Part shown: piece by piece, positions 39,001 to 49,800 of the stretch | Numbering within the stretch: the first letter of the stretch is position 1 | Layout of the letters: every line of letters begins with the position of its first letter | Origin: Catajapyx aquilonaris | Lineage: Eukaryota | Direction: 5' to 3' | Assembly (NCBI GenBank): GCA_000934665.2 | Contig: JYFJ02002667.1 | Coordinates: forward strand, 1-53,024 | DNA length: 53,024 nt | Position numbers and translations under genes: made by a program | Notes under the pieces: model-generated | What the model was told of the DNA's origin: nothing | The model's input: the letters and a program-made list of their open reading frames with translations, nothing else | Databases searched by the model: none

Positions 39001-40632
39001 TTCCTCATGTCGTCACAATGTGATGGGAACTGCAAAGAAGTTTGGCTTAAACAGAGGTAATGTATGGGTTTGGGTGAATCACCTCCAGCCACGTCTCCTT
39101 GCCTCCTCGGGCCAGAGTCAGAGGAACCAACCAAGGCGAGGAACTCTTGAAAGGACAAGTGACGAAGCGAGGGTGAGGATGTGACTGTTTCTATTGCCAC
39201 ACTCTTGTTGGGGCTTGCTGATATGACGAGTTTCTAAACTTCTTTTTCTGTGGGGTGCTTTTAGTCCTTTGTCTCTCATCAGAGTAAGGGGAAGTAAGGG
39301 GGCTTTGGTGCACTTGAGCCCCTCAAAAATATTGAGTGTTTCTATAGATTTCCTGAATCTACGTGATGAGCTGAGTTGATTGATACTATACGTATGTTGC
39401 AGAAACCTTTGGTTCAAAAGTTTTGGACTTTTGAAATTGCAATGAATTAACAATCAGTCAACAAAAGTTGTTGTGGCCTTGCCAGGGCCACCTCACGCAG
39501 CATCAACAGCTACTGTGCCACACAACCGCCAGTAATGTTGTGGATGCACAGCCTACAAATTACTTTTCAAATTACGATGGGAATGCCCTCATGCAACAAC
39601 AGGAGTAAACAGTTTCAACAAAGGAACACCGATTTCTTGTCATTCGTTGATTGTTAATTAAGTGCAATTTCAAAACTCAATAATTACTCTTGAAGGAAAC
39701 GTTTCTCCACCCTAGGGATAGTGCCAGTCGACTCAGCTCGTCGAGTAGACTCAGGAAATGTATGGACACCTGCACTGTTTTTGCGGGGATAAAGTGAACC
39801 CTTATCGACATGTTTTCATATCTCTCCTGGCTGACCTTCTATCTGAATCTGCCTGAAGTGAGCTTGAAACCATTCTTCAGCTGTAACTTAATCTTCAAAG
39901 AACTCATGTGTTCATGATGGTTGGTTCCAGAAGAAGACGAGATGTGGTAATGCCAACTCAGGTGACCTCGCACCAGATGGGGAACAGGCATCCAAGTCAA
40001 CGTTGCCTGCTGAGGGAGAAAAACCGAAGGGAGTGCAAAAGAAGGTAAGACCAGATTTTGTAGGAGGGAGGAACGAGTAAAAGTGATCCTCTTCAGATGA
40101 TGATTCAAGGAGATCATGATATTATAATAAACTCTTAGCTGCATATCCGGCCATCAGCGTACTCTCTGTTCCAAAAGAAATGGAGGAGCAAAATGCAGAT
40201 TTCCAGACAATAAAATGATGCACATATTCCACCCAACATTTGCAGCTAATAAGTGTGATAACATTAAAACGTAACTGATCCAAGGTTACTGCTTATCATG
40301 CAAAAAAAGATTTGTTAACTGCACATATGTGTGATATTTGAATTGCTTTTGTTGCCCTTCCTGTGCAGCCTCCCCAGAGGGAAGCGGAACCCTCTGGGTC
40401 CCTCACCCAGTCGATGGACTTGAAGAGGAAGGTGCTGGACGCATTCGAGTTTGGAGATTCCTCTTGTCGTCACAACCTGGAAGCAACTGCCAGGAAATTC
40501 TGTCTCAGCACCACCACAGTGTGGTACTGGATCAGATACATCCGACCCCACCTCCTCTCCAAGAGTCAGATGAATCCGCCAAATCAGGACTCTGCTGGAA
40601 GGAGGAATGACGGAACAAAGGTGGGGAAATAA
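32705..40632 (+). CDS. Gene C: C2H2-ZF + 7 Brinker-type HTH domains
   Basis: Exons 32705-33070, 34516-34689, 34743-34820, 34911-35054, 35170-35409, 35571-35780, 35986-36192, 36912-37151, 37316-37525, 38912(or 38924)-39172, 39931-40044, 40369-40632; phase 0, open. Confidence 0.78.
33098..33725. mobile_element. piggyBac-like non-autonomous element
   Basis: TTAA|CACTTAACTACC ... GGTAGTTAAGTG|TTAA plus subterminal GTATTTTTCTACCCCAC inverted repeat. Confidence 0.8.
34288..34409. mobile_element. PIF/Harbinger-like MITE
   Basis: TTA|AGGCCATTTCAC...GTGAAATGGCCT|TTA. Confidence 0.7.
35170..35409 (+). CDS. BrkDBD exon C1 (type I)
   Basis: 240 nt; GIDSKTVRLWVK. Confidence 0.8.
35571..35780 (+). CDS. 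BrkDBD exon C2 (type II)
   Basis: 210 nt; GLPQGTVWKWVK. Confidence 0.75.
35986..36192 (+). CDS. BrkDBD exon C3 (type II)
   Basis: 207 nt; GLHQRTVWQWVK. Confidence 0.72.
36579..36700. mobile_element. pogo/Tigger-like MITE (paralogous copy 47093-47196)
   Basis: GGATAATCGGG(G)TTCTACTGTA terminus; same intronic position in C and D. Confidence 0.6.
36912..37151 (+). CDS. BrkDBD exon C4 (type I)
   Basis: 240 nt; GIDESAVRRWVK. Confidence 0.8.
37316..37525 (+). CDS. BrkDBD exon C5 (type II; alternative donor after 37573)
   Basis: 210/258 nt; GLPRVTVMQWMK. Confidence 0.75.
37952..38110. mobile_element. PIF/Harbinger-like MITE
   Basis: TAA|GGCCGGGTTGCACCGGCTCC...GGAGCCGGTGCAACCCAGCC|TAA. Confidence 0.8.
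38912..39172 (+). CDS. BrkDBD exon C6 (canonical acceptor mutated)
   Basis: GLNRGNVWVWVN; acceptor ATTACGG vs ATTACAG in paralog D4. Confidence 0.6.
40369..40632 (+). CDS. BrkDBD exon C7 (invariant terminal domain)
   Basis: CLSTTTVWYWIR; stop at 40632 or donor AAG|GTGGGG after 40620. Confidence 0.8.
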   Translation, partial: PPQREAEPSGSLTQSMDLKRKVLDAFEFGDSSCRHNLEATARKFCLSTTTVWYWIRYIRPHLLSKSQMNPPNQDSAGRRNDGTKVGK

Positions 40633-40897
40633 CTGAAGTATGAGGAATCACGACCACTAGTAATATTTCCTGCATGTGCAGAGTAGTGCTCAAGTGCTTG
40701 TGAGCAGGCAAACTGCTGGCTTGACAGAGATATTCTATCATTTCTGTTGCCGGTGTATGTGTTGCCATCAAGGTTAATGTAATAACAGTTTTTAAAATGC
40801 TCTGACCGTACTGTACGTACAACAACAGCTGAATGAATAGAGTGGGTAGGTCGAAAAAGTTACCTGTTCTGAAAAGGATTATCCTGTGTGCTTGCAG

Positions 40898-41021
40898 CAA
40901 CAGGGAATAACATTGCACTTGCTTCTCCATCTGCAAAACAAGTAGTGTACCGCATTCCAATGGTGAAGGAACAACCCCAAGCGAGTGTGCAATGCTTGCG
41001 GACTGCGCCTCAAAATGCACG
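40898..41021 (+). pseudogene. GATA-type zinc-finger exon relic behind gene C
   Basis: ...SICKTSS/TAFQW*RNNPKRVCNACGLRLKMHG; frameshift near 40947 and CGA>TGA at 40964; phase-1 donor G|GTACAA would match acceptor at 41150. Confidence 0.65.
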
Positions 41022-41292
41022 GTACAAATTGGACTGCGATAGAATGGTCATCAATAAGTTGTAGAAAGTTGTTGTTGTTGTTATTATTATTATCATCTTT
41101 TAGTTAATAATTGATATGCTTTGAGCAGTGATCCATGTTGTTTCTTGCAGGGTCTGATGACGATACTACATCAAGACTGAAGGTGAACGAGTCCTTGATG
41201 AGGTGGAAGTCTTTGTTGCCAAATTCTGCATGTATAATTTCCCAGTGATGCATCATACGTACATAAGGAGACAAGCCACATGTGGTAGTTAA

Positions 41293-41857
41293 GGTCCGTT
41301 CTCAAAGCAGCGGGTTGGAGCAAAGCGTGCGCTTGCAAGCGCCTTGGAGCGGGTGGTTTGGCCGCTCGAGAATATTATGGTCTTCACGAAGTAGCTGGCG
41401 TGCGTGGCTGGTGCGCGCTAGAGTAAGCGCGTATAGACCATTTTCGGCGGCGAGCTAATTAAAATATTTCAAATAATTACGCTTGCCTATGAACTTATGA
41501 CATAATAGTGACATTTAATACCAAATACACCTGCAATTTTGTAAACTATTTTCAAGTAAATAAAGACCACGTCACGTGACATATTCCAAAACATTCGAAT
41601 CGGAGCCCACTTGATTACGTCACGTGACCACGTGACTCCCACAGGGCCACCGGATTGGTCCCCATGGAGCGGGTGGTGGGCCAAAGTGGGTAGAAATGAA
41701 CCCGGAGTAGATCGCACCCGCTAGCCCCTAGCAGCTGGCAAGTGTATCTCTACTGATCTCTACCCACTTTCGAATGACGTCAGAGCGGGCAAACCACCCG
41801 CTCCAAGGCGCTTGCAAGCGCACGTTTTGCTCCAACCCGCTGCTTTGAGAACAGACC
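41293..41857. mobile_element. Non-autonomous DNA transposon, ~75-bp TIRs, TTAA flanks (Kolobok- or Harbinger-like)
   Basis: TTAA|GGTCCGTTCTCAAAGCAGCGGG...CCCGCTGCTTTGAGAACAGACC|TTAA. Confidence 0.8.
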
Positions 41858-41961
41858 TTAAGTCACGCTGGAATTGACAAGGAGCAAGTGAGGTACTGAT
41901 GGCTCACTCCAGTCTGGTTTATAATATTGTGTACTACCATTTAAAGTGCCTTTGTATTATA

Positions 41962-42881
41962 CAGGGTGATCCAACTCTATGGCACCAGTAGTTATTGGAA
42001 AAATCGCGCAAGCTGCTTGTTTATAAGCAGGTCGTTGCTAAGAGATCAATAAGAGATACTTTCTGGAGAATTGGGAATAGCACCTGCTGATATTAGGTCC
42101 AATGCCCATGTAACAATTAATGAGGGAAAAAAGATCATACGTGGGAAACAGGCCTGTTCTGGTGTTCGCTGGAGGGTTTCACATGAGGTCACTAGCTGCC
42201 AAACCAAAGGTCTAATCCGTCGGAACTGGACAGACCCGGGTGTGTCAATAAATAGGCCTTCTGGTCTGTTCATTGTTGGCCGCAGTTGGCGCAACTGATA
42301 ATAGGTCAACAGGCAGCGTTGTTTAGTTACCAGTCTTAGCACCTGCTGATATTAGGTCCAATGCCCATGCATGTACCAATTAATGAGAGAATGCCCAATG
42401 CAGACTGTACTGTTAGAACCCTAGGAGCCCTTGGGCGGCCCTCAAACAGGCCCCCTGAGTAAGGCATGTCCTGGTCCTGACTCTACAAGAACTATTTATT
42501 TATACTGGTAACTAAACAACGCTGCCTGTTGACCTGTCTCAGTTGCGCCAACTGCGGCCAACAATGAACAGACCAAAAGGCCTACTTATTGACACACCCG
42601 GGTCTGTCCAGTTCCGACGGATTAGGCCTGTGGTTTGGCAGCTATAGTGACCTCATGTGAAACCCTCCAGCGAACACCAGAACAGGCCTGTTTCCCACTG
42701 ATGACCCCTTTTTTTCCCTCATTAATATTGTTACATGGGCATTGGACCTAATATCAGCAGGCGCTATTCCCGATTCTCCAGAAAGTATCTCTTATTGATC
42801 TCTTAGCAACGACCTGCTTGTAAACAAGCAGCTTGCTCATTTTTTCAATAACTGTTGGTGCCATAGAGTTGGATCACCCTG
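41962..42881. mobile_element. Tc1/mariner-superfamily foldback MITE with ~375-bp TIRs
   Basis: TA|CAGGGTGATCCAACTCTATGGCACCA ... TGGTGCCATAGAGTTGGATCACCCTG|TA. Confidence 0.88.
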
Positions 42882-43224
42882 TACAAAGATCCTGTTATTT
42901 TCATCTCGAGAGCAAAGACTTGGATGCTTCCTGAAGGCAGGTGTGTACTGGAATGCTCTCATGTCCAGTAAATATCATTCTTGCTCTGCAAACTGGTTAT
43001 TTTCTATCCTGGTTTGAATATCCCGCGTACCTGTGACTGCTGAATCCCTCGTCCGTGTCAGTACGTAAGAGATGGGGATTGGTTACCGATAACAAGTGGC
43101 ATAACTGGTGGTTAAGGTGAGAAGCAGAGGAAGCAAGCCTTAAAACTACCTGGTATTTTCTCACCTCCACTAAACAGCTTTTTCCCATTTAACCTGTTCA
43201 TTTGCACACTTAACAAGCTGTTTA

Positions 43225-43492
43225 AATAATTGACCAGTTCGAATAATCCCGCCAGATGTCGATGGACACACACTATCGGTATCGTTCTATCGTTTGTGAT
43301 GAGGACGATCGCCGTGGGTAGATCTATATCGATACGATCTTCCCTCCAAGCGTGTCTCGCCTTGTTCCATCGTTTCTTCTTCTTCCTCCTTCTCCTCCGG
43401 ACCCTGAAGAGTCTTCTTCTTCTTGTCGGGTGAGTGACTGAAGCTGCCTCTTCTTGCCCATCTTGAATTACATTGTTTGGGCAGGTGCACAG
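43225..43492 (+). promoter_or_regulatory. Putative promoter / 5'UTR of gene D with perfect DRE
   Basis: TATCGATA at 43327-43334; intron 43430-43492. Confidence 0.55.
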
Positions 43493-43510
43493 GAATATCC
43501 TGCAAAGGGG

Positions 43511-43807
43511 ATGAGTCTCCACCAGCCCCACCGTGGCCCGCTAATAAGCAGCATGGCCACCGAAGAAGGGCAGTTCAGGTGCGTCTACTGCCTGGACGCC
43601 ACCTTCAGAACGAGGCTGCAGCTGCTGTGCCACCAGTTCATACACGGGCCTGGAGACACTGTGAAGGTGGAGCCGAAGGAGGATGCCGCAGAGGCGGTCG
43701 TAACAATGTTGGAGACGGAGAGACGTGAAGGAGGGGATCAGTCGCACCAGAAGGAGGAACCTTCATTCGAATTCATTTCAATTGGAGGCTGGCCTGGACA
43801 GGGGGAG
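43511..43807 (+). CDS. Gene D first coding exon: C2H2 zinc finger
   Basis: FRCVYCLDATFRTRLQLLCHQFIH; donor GAG|GTGAGG. Confidence 0.8.
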
Positions 43808-46800
43808 GTGAGGGTCGGTTCATTAAAATGGCCTACCCTCCATACTTGGCATGGGAATGCCCAGGGGCGGGGGCAAAATTCCCCGGGCCCGCGTGACCCG
43901 GTAGTATAATATTAATAAGAGATGGATTTCCAGAAGGAAAGTATAAAAAGTGAGACACGATCGTAAATGGGGCAGCAGCGACTGATTTCCTTGGGAATGT
44001 TATGCCTTAATGCCACTCTTGCCCTGAAATTGAATTCCGACGACATCACTGACAGAATTCGCCCTGGATAGGAAGGCCGGACAAGTTGAGTTGACCAAGT
44101 AGTGCGCATGGGTATGTCTTATGTGCATCAGTGCATACAGGAATCACATGAGAAGATCAAGTATTTCATGTGCTGCATTCCAACAGTTTTGCCATCCTGG
44201 ACCAATTTGCCATAATTTACATACGGCTACTACAAAATTGTCGAAAGTTACCGGGTTATCGCTGCCTCGCCATATCTGTAATATGTTTGCGTGGACAGTA
44301 AATACAGCCTACGACTGATTATTATGGGAGTCCGGATTTTTAGGCAAATGCCTATTTAATTCATTAACAGTTGGGATGGTTTTGTGAAGAGATCTATTCA
44401 TTTCATAAGTGCCGAATGCGGGGAATGTAGGTTTTATAGTGCCTATAATGGCCTATTTCGTGGTTTTGGTTGACTTTCTGCGACTTTTCATGCCTACTTG
44501 GCCTTTTTTGGGATGGTTTTTGAACTTTTTGAGGCGATTTTGAGACTTTTTTTTGAAAAAATTCCAATTTCAGGACTTTTTGGGCTTATTTCTTCATATG
44601 CATGTTTGGTTTTTTTTAAAGAGTTTTTTTTGTGCTCCTGAAAGGACCAAAATGGTTCAGAAGTAATACTACAAGTCATGTTTGTGTGGCGCTTATGCCA
44701 AATATTTTTCTTAATTTTCCTCTTATTGTTCCAACCAGAGGAAAATTTAGAAAAATATTTGGCAACATATATTGTGCAAGTGGAAACTGGCTATACCCGG
44801 TAATAGAGTCCAGCACAAGTGATACTTGTTTGCACTGTGTGTCTTTTGCCCAAGTTTCCTAATTTCCTGTCGGTTGTTCGGGTTATGCTCTGGTTTGTGA
44901 CCTTACATTCATACTTATAAAATTATTCTAGCTTTTTTATTTTTGGTAACATTATCCTCCAGTATTTAAAAATGTGTGCCTATTTGAGGGTTTATTCGTG
45001 CCCATTTCTGGGTTTTTTCGTGCCTAAAAATCCGGACTCTACTGATTATGTTTCCCGATATAATCCCACTGCCTTTTTCTTGCGGACAGCAATTTCGAAC
45101 GAAAATGTTTAACTGTCACTGTCTGTATTTGAGCGAAGGGGGCCTGAATCTTTGTCGTCCATGGGGCAAGGCTCGACATGTCTCTGGCCCTGGCCATGCC
45201 AGTATGGTCTGTTTAAATATAAACCCTAGGGATGAATGAATGTTAATTGAACTGTCCTGAATGTAAAGTATACAACCTCATTAGAAATTATTGTGATGTT
45301 AGCTGAAGCTAATCCAGCAACGCATTCAACTTCAGCTTCAGAGCTTGTAATGCCATGAAATGAGGGCAATGCAAATGGACAGAAATGTTCACTGAACCTA
45401 TGGTATTTAAAAATTTAATGTGGTATTGCAGGGAGTCGAAAGTGTAAGAGCAGAGCAGCCTGATGTGATGGAAACAGGAGATGAAGACACATGTGGGAGT
45501 GACTCCGACATGGATAGCAGGGGTGAAATCCAGGCTGGTGTGGAACCTGCCCCCAAACGCACCATTCCTGAGGAGAGAGCAGGAAGGAAGAGGACGAAAA
45601 GAAAGGTGAGATGAGAGTTTGTAGCGAGACACAAATTCTGAAACTCTTCCTTTTCAGGTGACTGTCCAAGAAGACGAGTACGGTACAAGAAATTCAAAAG
45701 CATCTCGAGAAGTTTCAAATCTCAGTTTAAACAACGTAAGAGAACACTGCATCAGGAATGACATGTTGTGATTCCACAGTTGCATTTCTCTTTGCAAAGT
45801 TAAGTATAATCCCTGCATGTTTAGGAGGAGGTGCCAGCGAGAGAATCAAAGCTGCTTGCGCGGGTGAAGATGATGCAGCAGAGCCAGGCAGGCAGTGAGC
45901 GCACGATTCTAGCCGATGACCTCAAGACATCCAGTGCAAAGGACAAGGAACCAAAACCAATGGTAAGCCTCACTTTCCGTCATGGACTGGACGAAAATAC
46001 GCTTCAAAAAATTTATGGTACAGACCTACCTTGAGCAGATGAGGTCATATTTCCTCTACTTTTAAATATCCGTTTCAGCCGAACTCTGGAAAGGGAAAAA
46101 CCAGTAAGCAAAACAGCTACTCACAGGCCTTCAAGAATAAGGTGCTCGATGTCTACGAGTTTGACAATGCCGAATGTCGTCACAATTACGATGCAACTGC
46201 ACGGAAGTTTGGAATAAGCGCATGTGCTGTGAGGAATTGGTTGAAATCCATGCGACCTCACCTCCTTGCCTGCCGAGCAAAGGAAGATGCTCATCAGATG
46301 TTAGGGAATAGGAAAAAGGTAAGCCTCATAAGATTATTTATAAGCAAAGAGGAAGATGGATTCAAGATCACCGGTAGTAATTACTAAATCTGCCACATAC
46401 CCCATCAGTGCTGGGAAGAAAGAGAGCGAGATTGTCTTGACAATATAATATTATGTTCAAAATGTTTGTTTTCCACCTCTTCTGCAGCCAAAGGCAGGGG
46501 AACTGGAAATCCACGCGTCATATCGTTACTCCCTGGAATTCAAGAAGAAAGTGCTGGAAGCTTACCAGTCTGGGGACTCCAAATGTCGTCACAATGGAGC
46601 TGCAACTGCAAGGAAGTTTGGTGTACCCCAACAAACACTGTCGAAATGGGTGAAGTTTCTGCAGTCCCGTCACCTTCTCCAATCAGCCCAGAGTCAGGTA
46701 CGTACCAATCAAGGCCAGGCACTCGTGAAAGGAGAAGTCACGACAGGAGGGTAAATGAACTATTATTTTCCTAAATCACCACACTTCTGCTGGTAGTTGC

Positions 46801-49800
46801 AGAAATGCCAATTCCATGAAATGTGGGTTGCTCTTTGCTCCTTTGATTCCCTCCGAATAAGAAGGGATGCTGGCAGGTTGTGTTTGGCATGAATGAGACG
46901 AGAATCCATTCAAAGTCTGTGTGTCTTGGGCAGTTAGGGGAGCAGTTTCAAAAGAATCGAAAAGGCACCCAGAATATGTGCATTTTTAAATGCCAACGAT
47001 GCAAACTTATGCAAAGTAATGTTATACCACAATATGAAGCCAGTGATATGCCCACAAGGGATTTATTTTTAAAGATTATATTATTTTGGTTATACAGAAG
47101 AACCCGATAATTCGATCTCTGATTATCCGAGGCCCTTTTATGTGCTCCGACCATGGCTTGATCCCGTGGGTGACGGATAATCGGGGTTCTACTGTACATG
47201 TTTTTTGAATCCCTCTGGGCTCACATTTCTCACCCCTACATTTTTCACTTCGTTTGGGCCAACAAGTGTGCTCCTAGTCAGAGGAGATAGACTAAATATA
47301 CACCTTGAATTTTCCACCACCTTTGCAGGAAATCAAGGGGAGTGGGAAAAGATGTAGATCACACTCTCTGGACTTTAAAAATAAAGTTCTGGATGCCTAT
47401 GAGTTTGGTGATTCCTCATGTCGTCACAACCAGAGCGCAACTGGAAGGAAGTTTGGCTTAAACCAAGGAATGTTGTGTAGATGGGTGAAGCGGCTCCGAC
47501 CCCATCTCCATGGCCTTTCAGCCCAAGGTCAGATGCACCAACCACAACAAGATGCTGATGAAATAGCAAATGACAAAACAAGGGTAAGAATTTGACTCTT
47601 AACATTACTCAGTGATGGCAGAAAAAAATGTAGAATCGAGAGAAAGGAGACCAAAACTGGTTGCTCCGGTTAATGTGATGGGACAGAGTCAGGGAGACAG
47701 TGAGGACACAATCCTTGCTCACGAGCTCAACACATCCAGTGCAAAGGACAAGGAACCAAAACCACATGTAATAATTCCTTCATATGCAGGATAGTCTCTA
47801 ATAATATATAGATTGAACAGTTATTCTGCTTTAAAGAAGCCAAATTCGCCAAGCAATATCATACCACTAATTCCCTAATTCTGTGACGATGCTTTTATGT
47901 CCCGTCAACACTCATTGCCTTGATATAGTAACCATGGTTGATCACTTATGCCGTTCATTAGACGCCACATGGCGGTCAGAAAATGTGGGTTCCACTTCAG
48001 TGGAGGCGAGACACGTACTGATCATCATACCACTAGAAGCCTTATCCTCTCTGTATGCTTGTACTACTAATCCCCATATTCTCTCCGTCTGGCCCTGCTG
48101 AAATTGTTTAAGTGAATTTAAAGCTCAGCCATTTGCGGAATGCATTTAAGCGGCAAAATGTCAGGTGTGTCCAACCCCTCATATAGGGCTCATTATTCCC
48201 CACACTGGGGCTAAATTGACTTCGGAAAACACGGAATCCTTTTCTAGCATGGCAATTCTCTGCCGTACTTATGAAGATGTATACATCAAATCAATGCAAA
48301 AGTTAATTGCATTTTGGAGGGGGAGAGTCAAAGCTATACCTAAGCCCAGACTCTTTGATCACAGAAGACAATGAGGATATGTAAGATTACCATGCCGAAT
48401 TTCTGACATGTTTGCCGAAAATACGATGGCAACTTTATCTGGAATGGATGTTACATGAGTGTGTGACAGATTCCTTTTCCTTCATAAGGAGGAAGAAATT
48501 GTGTAGAAGAAACTATGCTAACATGACCAGTGACGTTAACTTGACAAGTGATTATGTAAGATTTTAATTTCGTAATATAGCATATACGTTTATATTACAG
48601 CCAATTTCTCAGGACAGGACAATCCACAAGAGATGCGTCTACTCCCTGGCTTTCAAGAGAGAAGTTCTGGAGGCCTACCAGTTTGGTGATTCCTCATGTC
48701 GTCACAATGTGATTGCAACTGCAAAGAAGTTTGGATTAAACAAAGGAACGGTGTGGTATTGGGTGAATCGCCTCCAGCCACGGCTCCTTGCCTCCTCGGC
48801 CAAGAGTCAGAGGAACCAACCAAGGCCAGGCACTCGTGAAAGGACAAGTGACGAAATGAGGGTGAGGATCTGACCGTTTCTATTGCCACACTTTTGTTGG
48901 GACTTGCTGATATGAGAAGTTACCAAACTTCTTTTTCTGTGGGGTGCTTTTTGCCCATTAGTCTCTTATCAGAGTAAGGGGAAGAAAAAAAAATGTATGC
49001 TGATAGGTTGTGGTTGACATGAATGAGGCAGAAGTCCATAAAAATGCTGGGCTTTGGTGCTCATTAGTCCCACAAAAATATTGCATGTTTCTTTAGATTT
49101 CCCGAATCTACTTGAGGAGCTGAGTCGAATGATTCTATTCGTAGGTTGCAGAAACTATTGGTTCAAAAGTTATTGAGTTCTGAAATTGTAATGAATTAAC
49201 AATCAGTCAGCAAACATTGTTGTAGCCTTGCCAGAGCCGCCTCACGCAACATCAACATCTACTGCGCCACACAACCGACAGTAATGTTGTGGATGCACAG
49301 CCTACAAATTACTTTTCAAATTACAACGGGGATGCCCTCATGCAACAACAGGAGTGAACAGTTTCAACAAAGGAACACTGGTTTATTTTCATTTCATTCA
49401 TTGTTAATTAAGTGCAATTTCAAGATTCAGTTGCCCTGGAATGAATCGTTTCTCCACCCTAGGGATAGTGCCAGTCGACTCAGGAAATGTATGGACACCT
49501 GGAATATTTTTGCGGGGATAAAGTGCACCCTTACCGACGTGTTTTCCTATCTCTCCTGGCTGACTTTCTTTCTGAAGCTGTCTGCAGCAAGCTTGAAACC
49601 ATGCTTCAGCTGTAATTTAATGTTCAAAGAACTCATATGTTCCTATGGTTGGTTCCAGAAGAAGACGAGATATGGTAATGCCAACTCAAGTGACCTGGCA
49701 CCAGATGGGGAACAGGCATCCAAGTCCACGTTGCCTGCTGAGGGAGCAAAACGGAAGGGAGCAGAGAAGAAGGTAAGGCCAGATTTTGTAGGAGGGAGGA

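Noticed and set aside
47612..47794. Linker exon in gene D
   Set aside because: Homologous to 28912-29055 but its acceptor was lost by deletion; no convincing in-frame AG.
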